NCBI GenBank assembly: GCA_964384105.1
Contig: CAYLJV010000002.1
Span: 96,001-160,000, forward strand
Source: Candidatus Hadarchaeota archaeon
Lineage (GTDB): Archaea; Hadarchaeota; Hadarchaeia; Hadarchaeales; JAGGTB01
Length of the DNA stretch: 64,000 nt
Direction: 5' to 3'
Shown here: positions 1-10,478 of the stretch, one piece after another
Position numbering within the stretch: position 1 is the first letter of the stretch
Layout of the letters: every line of letters begins with the position of its first letter
The notes under the pieces: generated by a model
Database searches by the model: none
The model's input: only the letters and a program-made list of their open reading frames with translations
What the model was told of the DNA's origin: nothing
Position numbers and translations under genes: made by a program

Positions 1-124
1 GAATATCTGATTTCCTTAATTCAAGACCCGCTGGAACCCCATCGACGACGACCCCAACTGCTTTGCCATGGCTCTCTCCAAAGGTCGTAATTCGAAATAT
101 TTTACCAAAACTATTTCCACCCAT
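1..124 (-). CDS. aroC: Chorismate synthase, N-terminal part (runs off the window start)
   Basis: Manual minus-strand translation from ATG at 124 gives [36 protein letters not shown], the typical AroC N-terminus; next to an aro cluster. Confidence 0.93.
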   Translation of the reverse strand, partial: MGGNSFGKIFRITTFGESHGKAVGVVVDGVPAGLELRKSDI

Positions 125-480
125 TACAAACGCCCGACCATTCATAAATTGGTCTATAAATCCTTTAAAACCAGCTAGTTATAAAAATACCTGAAAAAGT
201 AGAATTTTAAAATTTTTATTACAGAAATCTAGAAAAATAAAGATATTTTAAGTGCATTCACATCGTTTTTTGGCTAACAATAAAATCGACTTAATGTCCT
301 TAAAAATTGAGATAAATCTTTAAAAACGGAAATGATCATTTAAAAAAACCAAAAAAATAGAAGCCACTAATATCATTAATAAATCTAGCAGTAGAAAAAA
401 CCTATGAATAGACATATCAAGAGTTTAATTCCAGAAAGATAATAGAAAAATGGCGTGAGTGCAATAGTTGATTGATTATT

Positions 481-1467
481 ATGGACTCAAACGGTTTAAA
501 ATTCCCAATTTTTGCACTAGTATCCATAGTAGTCGTAGGAACAATCGGATTTCACTTTATAGAAGACATAAGCTTAATCAGATCAGTATACTGGACGATA
601 GTAACAATCACCACAGTAGGATACGGGGATATAGTTCCACAGACCGAACTAGGATTGGTTTTTTCAATTGCGCTAATGACAATAGGGATAGGCACTATAC
701 TTTATGTACTAACAACCGTCGGGAAAAACATTGTAGAGGGTAAAGTTTGGGGATTCTTCATGAGAGCCGAAAAAGAAGAGGAAGTAGAAGAATTAGAGGA
801 TCATCTTGTCGTATGTGGATATGGAGACCTCGGACAAACCATAACACAAGAACTTCTTCTGGGCAATAAGGACCTTGTCATAATAGACAGAAACGAGGAA
901 ATTCTCAGAGAGAAAGCGGCCGACCTACCATATATAGTTGGAGACGCAACCAGCGAAGAAGTGCTCGAAAAAGCACAGATAACAAAGGCAAATGGTCTTT
1001 TTGCAGCACTAAGCGAAGATTCTGAAAATATTTTACTAACCCTAATTGCCAAAGATATTAATCCAAAAGTAAGAGTAATAACTAGAGCTGATACTAGCGA
1101 AGGTGCAAAACATCTACGCAGAGCGGGGGCTGAGGCAGTTATACTCCCCGACCGAGAAGGCGGAATAAGGATGGCAAGATCTTTCTTACATCCGGAGATT
1201 ACAAGCTTATATGATCATCTACTTATGGGAGACGTTGGTAGGGCCGGAGTCGTAAATGTTCCATATGAAGGAAAATTAGATGGAGTAACAATCAAAGAGT
1301 CTAACATAAGAGGGGAAATAGGTGTCTCAGTAATTGCAATAAAACGAGATGAAGAATTAATCACCAATCCAAAGCTCGACCAAGAAATACAAGGTGGAGA
1401 TTCACTGATCGTAATGGGAACACTCTCACAGATAAAAAAATTGAGAGAATGGCTATCTGAAGAATAA
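481..1467 (+). CDS. Potassium channel, 2TM pore plus RCK (TrkA-N/TrkA-C) domains, MthK/Kch-like
   Basis: TTVGYGD selectivity filter between hydrophobic helices; VVCGYGDLG Rossmann motif; TrkA-C-like C-terminus. Confidence 0.92.
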   Translation: MDSNGLKFPIFALVSIVVVGTIGFHFIEDISLIRSVYWTIVTITTVGYGDIVPQTELGLVFSIALMTIGIGTILYVLTTVGKNIVEGKVWGFFMRAEKEEEVEELEDHLVVCGYGDLGQTITQELLLGNKDLVIIDRNEEILREKAADLPYIVGDATSEEVLEKAQITKANGLFAALSEDSENILLTLIAKDINPKVRVITRADTSEGAKHLRRAGAEAVILPDREGGIRMARSFLHPEITSLYDHLLMGDVGRAGVVNVPYEGKLDGVTIKESNIRGEIGVSVIAIKRDEELITNPKLDQEIQGGDSLIVMGTLSQIKKLREWLSEE

Positions 1468-1479
1468 ATTTCAGAAAAT

Positions 1480-2769
1480 CTATTTTTGAACACTCATCTT
1501 TGCTCCAAGTCCCTGCATATCTTTAACAAATCCGGGGTAAGATATCCCAATATTCTCGGCACCTTTTATTTTAACAGTTTTATCAGCGGATAATCCAGCA
1601 ATTGCAAAAGCCATGGCCATTCTATGATCCCCATAGGAATCCACAGTTCCACCCCTCAAACTCGGGCTCCCCCGAATTTTAAGTTCGTCTTCTGACTCCT
1701 CAATTTCTGCACCAAGCTTCTTTAATTCACTAGTTAGAACACTCAGCCGATCTACTTCCTTATATCTCAAATGTGATATATTATAGAGTCTTGTTCGACC
1801 CTCAGCCACCGAACCCAAAACAGCTAGAACAGGGACTAAATCGGGAGTATTTAAACAATCTGCTTCGATTCCCTGCAACTGCTGTTTTCCAGATACTTTT
1901 ATCTCCTTACCTTTGACTTCCAAATCAGCTCCAAAATCCTCCAAAAGCTGAATAATCTTTTTATCTCCTTGAGCATCCTTAGGATCCAGATTCTTAACCA
2001 CCACTTCTTTGCCCGCTAAAGCGCCGGCACCCAACAAAAACGCTGCTGAAGAAAAATCACCTGGAACAGTGAATTCAAATGGCTTGAAAATCTGCTTACC
2101 CGGGATACTATAATTCATTAAAGAAGAAACGATTTCAATATCGGCACCTACAAGTTCCAACGCTCTAAGAGTCATAAGAACATAGGGTTTTGACTTAAGT
2201 TCATCCTCTACTTCTATATCAGCTCCAACTTCTGAATAGGGGGTTGCAATTAAGAGAGCGGAGACAAACTGAGAGCTTATTTTACCGGTTATAGTAGTTT
2301 CACCTCCTTCCAAACCACCGCCTACAACCACCGGCGGCCTACCATTTCTACCTCGAGCTTCCGCATCAGCTCCTAGGTCCACTAATGAACTTATCAGTGG
2401 GCCCATTGGTCTCTTCAAAATAGATTCATCCCCAGTCAGCAGAACTCGCTCGGAGGATAACGCGGAAATCGCCGTCATTAATCTCAGAGTTGTACCAGAA
2501 TTACGAACATCAATCTTATTCTTCCGTGGTCTAATCTTCCCTCCAGTTCCCGAGATAATTACACTATTCTCTTCGTATTGAACCTGACCGCCCAAGGTCT
2601 CAACCGCTTCCATAGTCGCCCGAGTATCCAAACTCAAAAGAGGTTTTCGTATCGTACTCTTACCATCTGCTAATAAAGCCACTGATAATAACCTATGAGT
2701 GTAACTCTTCGAAGAAGGAGCCTCAATCTCCCCGTCCAGATCAGACGGTCTAACTATTAACCAGCTCAT
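1480..2769 (-). CDS. aroA: 3-phosphoshikimate 1-carboxyvinyltransferase (EPSP synthase)
   Basis: APSSKSYTHR, NSGTTLR, SSQFVSALL, LRYKEVDR and DHRMAM motifs. Confidence 0.96.
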   Translation of the reverse strand: MSWLIVRPSDLDGEIEAPSSKSYTHRLLSVALLADGKSTIRKPLLSLDTRATMEAVETLGGQVQYEENSVIISGTGGKIRPRKNKIDVRNSGTTLRLMTAISALSSERVLLTGDESILKRPMGPLISSLVDLGADAEARGRNGRPPVVVGGGLEGGETTITGKISSQFVSALLIATPYSEVGADIEVEDELKSKPYVLMTLRALELVGADIEIVSSLMNYSIPGKQIFKPFEFTVPGDFSSAAFLLGAGALAGKEVVVKNLDPKDAQGDKKIIQLLEDFGADLEVKGKEIKVSGKQQLQGIEADCLNTPDLVPVLAVLGSVAEGRTRLYNISHLRYKEVDRLSVLTSELKKLGAEIEESEDELKIRGSPSLRGGTVDSYGDHRMAMAFAIAGLSADKTVKIKGAENIGISYPGFVKDMQGLGAKMSVQK

Positions 2770-2881
2770 AAAACTCTATTAAGAAATTCTCATACGATGG
2801 ATTTAAGAACTTTTGTTCTTCGGAAGAAATTTACGATTAATTTTTAATTGCATGATAACAATATTCATCGAGGAGTCAAAA

Positions 2882-3676
2882 ATGTCTGAAATAGGTAAAG
2901 AAATAAGAATGGAAAGAATCACCAATCGAGAAACAGGAAGAACAATAATCGTTCCAATGGATCACGGAATAACGATGGGTCCCATAGACGGATTAAGAGA
3001 CATGACTGGTGCAGTCAACAAGGTAGCCGAAGGCGGAGCCAATGCGGTTCTAGTCCACAAGGGTATAGTGAGAGCAGGCCATAGAGGCTATGGACAGGAT
3101 ATAGGTCTAATAATACACCTGTCTGCTAGCACTGTCCTAGGACCAGATCCTAACAAAAAAGTAGCTGTCACCTCCGTAGAAGAAGCCGTTTCTTTGGGGG
3201 CAGATGCTGTATCTGTTCACGTAAATGTAGGGGCTGAAAATGAGTCCGAGCAACTTAGAGAAATGGGCCGAATCTCGGAAGATTGTGCAGCTTGGGGTAT
3301 GCCTTTAATCGCTATGATGTACCCTAGAGGCAAAAAAGTCGAGGACCAACATGATGTTGAAGCAGTAGCACATGCAGCAAGAGTCGGAGCTGAACTTGGA
3401 GCGGATATAATAAAAACAAACTTCACAGGAACATCCTCTTCTTTCAGAGAGGTAACTGATGGCTGTCCGGTTCCGGTCGTAATTGCCGGCGGACCAAAAG
3501 CGGATACTGATATGGATATCTTAGAAATGGTCTCGAAATCGATACGGGTTGGAGGAGCTGGCGTATCTATAGGTCGTAATGTCTTTCAACACAAAAACCC
3601 AACCGCTATGATACGAGCGCTCTCGAGAATAATTAACGAAGGCGCATCCGCTAAAGAAGCCGCGGAAGAGTTATAG
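2882..3676 (+). CDS. 2-amino-3,7-dideoxy-D-threo-hept-6-ulosonate synthase (DhnA-type class I aldolase, archaeal AroA')
   Basis: [27 protein letters not shown] motifs; directly upstream of DHQ synthase II; start moved to the ATG after GAGGAG. Confidence 0.9.
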   Translation: MSEIGKEIRMERITNRETGRTIIVPMDHGITMGPIDGLRDMTGAVNKVAEGGANAVLVHKGIVRAGHRGYGQDIGLIIHLSASTVLGPDPNKKVAVTSVEEAVSLGADAVSVHVNVGAENESEQLREMGRISEDCAAWGMPLIAMMYPRGKKVEDQHDVEAVAHAARVGAELGADIIKTNFTGTSSSFREVTDGCPVPVVIAGGPKADTDMDILEMVSKSIRVGGAGVSIGRNVFQHKNPTAMIRALSRIINEGASAKEAAEEL

Positions 3677-3679
3677 GTC

Positions 3680-4789
3680 GTGAATCTCATGCGGAAAGAA
3701 GCATGGGTCAAAGCAGATTGGAATGAATCTTGGGACAAAAGAAAAAAATACATAACGTCCGCCCTAGAGGCGGGTGCCGATGGCCTAATAATCCCACCAG
3801 ACGACATAGAAAAGACCCGAAAATTAGGAAATATCAAAGTAATTTCAAGCTCAAAAGAAGCCGATGTACTCCTGATAAAGGCGTCGACCACCGATGAAGT
3901 AGATCAAGCTCTAGAAGAAATTGAAGAAAAAGAAAATGAAGTAGCCCTCTACATTGAGATTACTGGAAAAGAGCTTGAGAGAGCAGCTGTCGAAGCAGGA
4001 GATAGCGTTGACTTCCTTATCACCATAGCCAAAGATTGGAAAGTTATACCTCTAGAAAACATAATAGCAGAGCTGCAAGACTCAAAAGCTAAGATATTTG
4101 CCGGAGTTAAAGATTCTAAAGAAGCTAAAACGGCAATTGAAACACTGGAAGTAGGTGCAGACGGAGTAGTTTTGGACCCACGAGAGAAAGGTATCGAAGA
4201 AATCAGGAAAACCTGTGAAACCTTGGAGGACTTAGAGACCGAAAAATTCCAGTTAGCCCCAGCTAAAATCACAAAAGTAGAACCAAGTGGAATGGGAGAC
4301 AGAGTTTGCGTAGACACTACATCTCTCATGAAACTCGGAGAAGGAATGCTTGTCGGAAGCCAATCAAACGGCATGTTTCTCGTACATTCTGAAACACTCG
4401 AAAGCGAATACGTTTCGTCCAGACCATTCAGAGTAAACGCCGGCGCAGTCCATGCCTACATACAAGTGCCAGGTGGTAAAACAAAATATTTATCAGAATT
4501 AGAAAGTGGTGAGAAAGTCCTAATAGTAAACTCAGAAGGTGAATCCAAAGAAGCAACAGTAGGACGTGTAAAGATAGAAAGAAGGCCTATGCTTCTAATA
4601 GAAGCGGAAACCGAAGGAAGGAAAATAAGAACCTTACTTCAAAATGCGGAAACAATAAACCTGGTAGATAAGGAAGGCAATCCGATCTCAGTTTCAGAAT
4701 TAGAACCAGGAGACGAAGTTTTAACAAATCTTCAAAAAGGTGGACGTCACTTCGGAGCTCAAGTAGAAGAAACACTCGTTGAAAAGTAA
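3680..4789 (+). CDS. 3-dehydroquinate synthase II (archaeal AroB')
   Basis: DWKVIPLENIIA, GDRVCVDT, RPFRVNAGAVH, LQNAETI, GRHFG motifs. Confidence 0.94.
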   Translation: MNLMRKEAWVKADWNESWDKRKKYITSALEAGADGLIIPPDDIEKTRKLGNIKVISSSKEADVLLIKASTTDEVDQALEEIEEKENEVALYIEITGKELERAAVEAGDSVDFLITIAKDWKVIPLENIIAELQDSKAKIFAGVKDSKEAKTAIETLEVGADGVVLDPREKGIEEIRKTCETLEDLETEKFQLAPAKITKVEPSGMGDRVCVDTTSLMKLGEGMLVGSQSNGMFLVHSETLESEYVSSRPFRVNAGAVHAYIQVPGGKTKYLSELESGEKVLIVNSEGESKEATVGRVKIERRPMLLIEAETEGRKIRTLLQNAETINLVDKEGNPISVSELEPGDEVLTNLQKGGRHFGAQVEETLVEK

Positions 4790-4973
4790 TTCCAAAAACT
4801 CCTATTTTCTTTTATTTATCAAAGAAATCCAATCTGGGTTGAGAATTTTTGTTAAATTTAAATATTTGAGTTAAAAAGGTTAAAACGAACTCGCCCCTCT
4901 TAAAGTAAATTCTGTTTAATTAATAGGCGTTAAAATGATTATATCCAAAAACCAGAAATCAGGAGGGGGAAAT

Positions 4974-5684
4974 TTGATCGACTTTGGGAAACTCAAAATC
5001 CAGACGCCTGCCGTCTGTGCATCAGTGATCGGAACCGATTTAGACTCCATGAAAGATTCCTTAGAGAAAGCCATCAAAGCAGGAGCCGATATAGTAGAAT
5101 TAAGATTGGATAGATTAGAAAAAATCAGAGGATGGGAAGAATTACTCAAACACAATATACCAAAAATAGTGACTGTAAGATCAAAAAAAGAAGGTGGATT
5201 TTTTGAAGGAAAAGAAAAAGAGCGAATCGAAATCTTGATAGATGCAATAAACAGAGGAGTGGACTGCATCGATATCTCGCTCACGACACCCCAGATAGAA
5301 AAAAAGAATGTTTTAAAAAATGCAAAAAAGGCTGGTTCAAGTATTATACTATCCTTTCACGACTTTGAAAAAACGCCGACTTACGAAGAACTGAAGAAAA
5401 AAGCAGAAGAAATGAAAAAAAATGGGGCAGACTTCGCAAAAATAATAGGATTCGCCAGATCACCCGAAGATTCAATCGACATTCTAAAATTCCTTATCTT
5501 AGCCCGAAAAGAGGTCGAAATTCCTCTAATAGCCTTTGCAATGGGTGAAGAAGGAAAGTTCACAAGAGTCTCTGCACCTCTTTTAGGTTCACCTTTGACA
5601 TACTCTTCGGTCGGAGAAAAAGCCGCCCCGGGACAGATGGACGTTGAAGAAGTCATAGAAATACTAGATAAATTTAGAAAATAG
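4974..5684 (+). CDS. aroD: Type I 3-dehydroquinate dehydratase
   Basis: DIVELRLD, SFHDFEKTP, AMGEEGKFTR, APGQ motifs; probable TTG start after GGAGG. Confidence 0.92.
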   Translation: MIDFGKLKIQTPAVCASVIGTDLDSMKDSLEKAIKAGADIVELRLDRLEKIRGWEELLKHNIPKIVTVRSKKEGGFFEGKEKERIEILIDAINRGVDCIDISLTTPQIEKKNVLKNAKKAGSSIILSFHDFEKTPTYEELKKKAEEMKKNGADFAKIIGFARSPEDSIDILKFLILARKEVEIPLIAFAMGEEGKFTRVSAPLLGSPLTYSSVGEKAAPGQMDVEEVIEILDKFRK

Positions 5685-5738
5685 AATCAGTTACAAAGGA
5701 GTTTTTTACTAATAAGCATATTTTCAACTGGGAATAGG

Positions 5739-6593
5739 ATGATTAAGGGAAGTACAAAAGTTATAGCTTTATTAGGCGACCCAGTAGAACACAGCATATC
5801 TCCCGAAATGCAAAACGCTGCATTGGAAAAGAAAAAACTGGATTTTGTTTATGTGGCTTTTAAAGTACCTGAAAAATACGTCGAAGAATCGATTAAGGGA
5901 ATAAAATCCCTCGGTCTCAAAGGAGCGAACGTTACTATCCCTCACAAATCGGCCGTTATGAAATATCTTGACGAACTAGATGAAATCTCTCAGAAAATTG
6001 GAGCTGTAAACACAATAAATGAAGAAAATGGAAAGCTAAAAGGATACAATACGGACGGAAAAGGAGCTCTTAGAGCTCTAAGACGGAAAATCGGTGAAAT
6101 TCGCGGAAAAGAAGTGCTAATACTTGGAGCAGGCGGGGCTGCAAGGGCCATAGCCTTCACACTAATCGAATCAGGAGCCAATTTAAAAATCTCAAATCGT
6201 ACAGAAACTAAAGCCAATGATCTCGCGGCGGAATTAAAAGATAAGACTGGAAAATCTGTAACCCAAATACCCCAGAAAAGTAGAGAACTAGAAAATTCAA
6301 TAAAAGAATCAGATATCTTAATCAACTCAACATCAGTAGGGATGCATCCGAAAACCGACGAAACCATAGTAGACTCAGAAATGATGCATTCAAATCTTAC
6401 AGTTATGGATATCGTATACAACCCTCTAAAAACGCTATTGCTTCGAGAAGCAGATAAAGCCGGAGCAAAAACAATAAGCGGTATCGAAATGCTGATCCAG
6501 CAAGGTGCAGAATCCTTCGAAATCTGGACAGGTAAGAAAGCCCCAATCAACGTCATGCGAGATTATGCCATCAAAGCTATGGAGAGAAGATAA
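5739..6593 (+). CDS. aroE: Shikimate dehydrogenase
   Basis: HSISP, NVTIPHK, GAVNT, NTDG, GAGGAARA, DIVYNP motifs. Confidence 0.96.
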   Translation: MIKGSTKVIALLGDPVEHSISPEMQNAALEKKKLDFVYVAFKVPEKYVEESIKGIKSLGLKGANVTIPHKSAVMKYLDELDEISQKIGAVNTINEENGKLKGYNTDGKGALRALRRKIGEIRGKEVLILGAGGAARAIAFTLIESGANLKISNRTETKANDLAAELKDKTGKSVTQIPQKSRELENSIKESDILINSTSVGMHPKTDETIVDSEMMHSNLTVMDIVYNPLKTLLLREADKAGAKTISGIEMLIQQGAESFEIWTGKKAPINVMRDYAIKAMERR

Positions 6594-6594
6594 A

Positions 6595-7455
6595 GTGAAG
6601 ATAGCAATCTTGGGGGCTGGATCTATGGGTAAGTGGTTTGCGAGATTTGCTAAAGAGAGAAGTTGGGAGATATCCATCTATGATATTAATAAGAAAAAAG
6701 GAAGAAAAATCTCAAAAGAACTAGGACTGGAATTTTCACCAAATAAAGAAGATGCTGTAGAAAATGCAGACGTAATTTTGATTTCTGTACCCATAACGGA
6801 AACTCCCAAACTGATAAAAGAGGCTTCAGAATCCGTAAAAGAAGGGTCTCTGCTAATAGACATTGCCTCGGTAAAGGAAAGAGCAGTAGAATCCATGAAA
6901 GAAGTGAAAAAAAGAATGGAATTAGTTTCAATACACCCTCTTTTCGGTCCAGGGGCCAAGAATCTGGATAATAAAAATATAATATCTATTCCTGTAGAAA
7001 AAGGAGAAAAATATCAACGATTAAAGAGCGAGTTTTCAGAACTTGGTGCAAAAATAGTAGAAATGGAAGCAGAAAAACATGACAAGCTTATGGCAGTTAT
7101 ACAATCTCTAACTCACTTCTCCCTCCTGACCCATTTTTCGGCATTCACCTCCATGGACTATAGTGACGAAGCAGAAAAATTTGAAACTCCCATATTCAAG
7201 AATTTATTCGATCTAACCAAAGCGTTCATGTACGAAAATCCTAAACTCTGTGCGGATATTCAGAGAGAAAACAGATACTCGGAGATAGCTAGGAATTCTA
7301 TAATAGAGGCTTCTAGAAACCTGAATGAGACGTTAGAATCAGGAGATATCAAAAAGATAGAAGAAATTTTCGACGAAGCCAGGGAAAAGATTGGCCCAGA
7401 AAAAATAGAGGCAGCTTATAAAAAAATTTACGCAAAGAAGGGAAATGAAAAATGA
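6595..7455 (+). CDS. tyrA: Prephenate dehydrogenase
   Basis: GAGSMG Rossmann motif, DIASVK, HPLFGP, HDKLMAVIQSLTH; probable GTG start at 6595. Confidence 0.9.
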   Translation: MKIAILGAGSMGKWFARFAKERSWEISIYDINKKKGRKISKELGLEFSPNKEDAVENADVILISVPITETPKLIKEASESVKEGSLLIDIASVKERAVESMKEVKKRMELVSIHPLFGPGAKNLDNKNIISIPVEKGEKYQRLKSEFSELGAKIVEMEAEKHDKLMAVIQSLTHFSLLTHFSAFTSMDYSDEAEKFETPIFKNLFDLTKAFMYENPKLCADIQRENRYSEIARNSIIEASRNLNETLESGDIKKIEEIFDEAREKIGPEKIEAAYKKIYAKKGNEK

Positions 7456-8273
7456 AAGTGGGAATATTAGGACCTCGTGGAACTTACAGCGAAATAGCAG
7501 CTAAAAATTACTTTAAAGAAGAAATAGAGATAGTGACATACTCCTTAATAACAGAAGTAGCAGAGAGTGTTGAAAAAGGAGAAATACCCGCAGGTGTAGT
7601 ACCAGTAGAAAGCCTCAGAGAAGGCTCCGTAGGGGAAACTTTAGATGCGCTAGCGTGGTTGGACGTGAAAATAAAGGCCGAAATAGTGATAGAAGTAACC
7701 CATAATCTATTGGGAACTAAAGGTTCTAAAATAGAAGACATAAGACAAGTTCTATCTCACCCCCAAGCACTGGCTCAATGTAGACAGTTCCTTCGAAAGA
7801 AACTACCCGAAGCTGAGTTAATAAGCGTAAAAAGTACAGCAAAAGCGGCGAAGCAAGTCAGCAAGGTAGAAAAGCCTTTCATGGCAGCCATAGGATCCCA
7901 AGATTTAGCAGATTTATACGATCTAGAAATTATCGAAGAAAACATTCAAATAGGCAAGAAAGATGAAACGAGATTTTTAATCTTGGGAAAAGAAGATAGC
8001 GAACCTACTGGAAAAGACAAAACTTCGATAGTTTTCTATACTCGAAAGGACGAACCAGGAATACTATATAAAATACTAAAAGAATTCGGAGAAAGAAAAA
8101 TAAACCTGACAAGAGTGGAATCAAGACCATCGAAAGAGGCTTTAGGAGATTATCTATTTTTTGTCGATTTTGAAGGCCACAGAAAGGATAATAAGATAAA
8201 ACAAGCACTTGAAAAAATCAAACCAAAGGTTGCAACTCTCAAGATTATAGGCTCCTATCCTAAGATATTTTGA
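7452..8273 (+). CDS. pheA: Prephenate dehydratase with ACT domain
   Basis: LGPRGTYS, SHPQALAQC, ETRF, NLTRVESRP motifs. Confidence 0.95.
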   Translation: MKVGILGPRGTYSEIAAKNYFKEEIEIVTYSLITEVAESVEKGEIPAGVVPVESLREGSVGETLDALAWLDVKIKAEIVIEVTHNLLGTKGSKIEDIRQVLSHPQALAQCRQFLRKKLPEAELISVKSTAKAAKQVSKVEKPFMAAIGSQDLADLYDLEIIEENIQIGKKDETRFLILGKEDSEPTGKDKTSIVFYTRKDEPGILYKILKEFGERKINLTRVESRPSKEALGDYLFFVDFEGHRKDNKIKQALEKIKPKVATLKIIGSYPKIF

Positions 8274-8282
8274 GGCTGAAAA

Positions 8283-9083
8283 ATGGAAAAATCTGAGATA
8301 ATCGAAGAAGCTCTAAAATTTGATTCAAAAAAAGCCAAGGAAAAAATAGTCGATTTCATCAGGGAAATAGTAAAGAAGGCGGGTGCCAAAGGGATCGTAC
8401 TCGGCCTAAGCGGAGGATTAGATTCCTCAACTACAGCATACCTATGCGTTGAAGCGCTCGATAAAGACCGTTTTACAGCTATATTCATGCCAGAAGAAGA
8501 TGTCACTAGAAAACAGAGCGTAAAAGACGCCCACAAGGTAGCCGAAGATCTCGGAATAGAACTAAAAGAGACCGAGATATCCCGCATAATAAAAACTTTC
8601 GAGAAAGAATTAGACTTCAAAAAAGAGAAAAGGATTGCAACAGCGAATTTAAAGGCCAGAACCCGGATGGTGATAACCTACTACTACGCAAATCTATATA
8701 ACCATCTGGTAGTCGGTGGAAGTAATAAAACAGAAATCAAGGCAGGCTACTTTACAAAATACGGCGACGGAGCCTGTGACTTCAAACCTTTAGGATCACT
8801 CTACAAAACCCAGGTTAGGGAATTAGCAAGAGAACTAGGTGTTCCCGAAGGAATAATCAAAAAGGAACCCACCGCGGACTTATGGCGAGGACAAAAGGAT
8901 GAAGACGAACTGGGACTCCCCTACGACAAGATCGATCGTATATTTATCGGATTAGAAAAAAATTTAGAAATAGAAGAAATCGCTGAGATCGTCAAAGTGA
9001 GTAAATCTAAAGTTCAAGAATTTATCAAACGAGAAAAGAATTCACAACATAAAATTCGGCCGGTACCTATTCCAGACCTATAA
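8283..9083 (+). CDS. nadE: NH3-dependent NAD+ synthetase
   Basis: GLSGGLDS, NLKARTRM, GYFTKYGDG, PTADLW motifs. Confidence 0.95.
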   Translation: MEKSEIIEEALKFDSKKAKEKIVDFIREIVKKAGAKGIVLGLSGGLDSSTTAYLCVEALDKDRFTAIFMPEEDVTRKQSVKDAHKVAEDLGIELKETEISRIIKTFEKELDFKKEKRIATANLKARTRMVITYYYANLYNHLVVGGSNKTEIKAGYFTKYGDGACDFKPLGSLYKTQVRELARELGVPEGIIKKEPTADLWRGQKDEDELGLPYDKIDRIFIGLEKNLEIEEIAEIVKVSKSKVQEFIKREKNSQHKIRPVPIPDL

Positions 9084-9090
9084 AAAATCA

Positions 9091-10335
9091 CTACTTCTTA
9101 ACTAGATCCACACATATACCGGCGGCTATCGTTTTACCGCCATGTCTAATAGCGAATCTTCCAAGTTCGGGGATATCGCTGGCTTTCTCCATAACCATTG
9201 GTTTAGTGGGCTTTACCCTGATAACTCCTGCTTCACCTTTTTTCAAGAAGTCTGGATTCTCTTCTATTACTTCTCCTGTTTTAGAGTTAATTTTTTGAAC
9301 TATCTCCACTATCTCTCCGGGCACATGCTCTGATTGGCAGTGGAACAATGGGGTAAAACCAGAGGTTATGTAAGTAGGAGTATCCAGAATGATCACCTTC
9401 CCCGTAAATTCCTTTACCACGGTTGGTGGGTCGCTAGGATGGCCCGCCACATCTCCACGCATTATTTGATCCTTAGAAACACCCCTCACGTTAAATCCTA
9501 CATTATCACCTGGGCCAGCTTTCTCTATCTCCTCATGATGCATCTCTATAGATTTGACTTTACCCTTCACACCAGCAGGATTGAAGATAACCTCATCACC
9601 AATCTTCAATGTTCCCGTCTCTATTCGACCTATGGGGACAGTCCCAACCCCCGTAACAGAGTAAACGTCCTGAATAGGTATCCGCAAAGGTTTATCAACG
9701 GGTTTTTCACTCTCTCTCAACTCTTTAAGAGCATCTAAAATCGTGGGTCCACTGTACCAATCTAAATCCTCACTTGGTTCAGCTACGTTTTTTCCTTGAT
9801 AAGCTGAAATAGGAACGAAATGAAAGTCAGAAACACCCCTATAGCCAATATTTTTCAGCAGGGGGATAATATCCTCCCTCAACTTCTCGTAAACCTCCTG
9901 ATCGTAATTCACTTTGTCCATTTTATTGATGGCCAATATCAACTGGTCGACTCCTAGAGTATAGGCTAACGCTGCATGTTCTCTGGTCTGAGGCATTATT
10001 CCATCGTCGGCAGCCACTACCAAAATCGCTGCATCTGCCTGACTAGCTCCAGTAATCATATTTTTAACAAAATCTTGATGACCCGGGGCATCGATAATAG
10101 TCAGCATATTCTCGGAGGTTTCTAGCTTTTGATAGGCAACATCGATAGTGAGGCCCCGCTCTCTTTCCTCTTTAAGATGATCGAGGACCCAAGCAAACTT
10201 GAAAGTATCCGCCTCCTCGGACAGATCCTCTGGTTTTATCACTCCGGTTTCCAGAAGCAACCTTCCCACGAGTGTAGATTTCCCGTGGTCAACGTGTCCA
10301 ATTACAGCCAGATTTATGTGAGGTTTATCAGCCAT
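9091..10335 (-). CDS. tuf: Translation elongation factor 1-alpha (divergent)
   Basis: GHVDHGKST, EERERGLTID, DAPGH, NKMD, PIQDVYS, GDNVGFNV motifs. Confidence 0.9.
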   Translation of the reverse strand: MADKPHINLAVIGHVDHGKSTLVGRLLLETGVIKPEDLSEEADTFKFAWVLDHLKEERERGLTIDVAYQKLETSENMLTIIDAPGHQDFVKNMITGASQADAAILVVAADDGIMPQTREHAALAYTLGVDQLILAINKMDKVNYDQEVYEKLREDIIPLLKNIGYRGVSDFHFVPISAYQGKNVAEPSEDLDWYSGPTILDALKELRESEKPVDKPLRIPIQDVYSVTGVGTVPIGRIETGTLKIGDEVIFNPAGVKGKVKSIEMHHEEIEKAGPGDNVGFNVRGVSKDQIMRGDVAGHPSDPPTVVKEFTGKVIILDTPTYITSGFTPLFHCQSEHVPGEIVEIVQKINSKTGEVIEENPDFLKKGEAGVIRVKPTKPMVMEKASDIPELGRFAIRHGGKTIAAGICVDLVKK

Positions 10336-10478
10336 TGAACTCCCTCATTCTATTCATCGACTAGATTTAAGTTCTTTTCATTAAATAAGACCTTTCACAA
10401 ATATTAGAAAAAGAGCATCCCGACCATCTCTTATCCGTATTTATAAACAAAGCTGGAAAATGTAGTTTGGTTTTGAAA

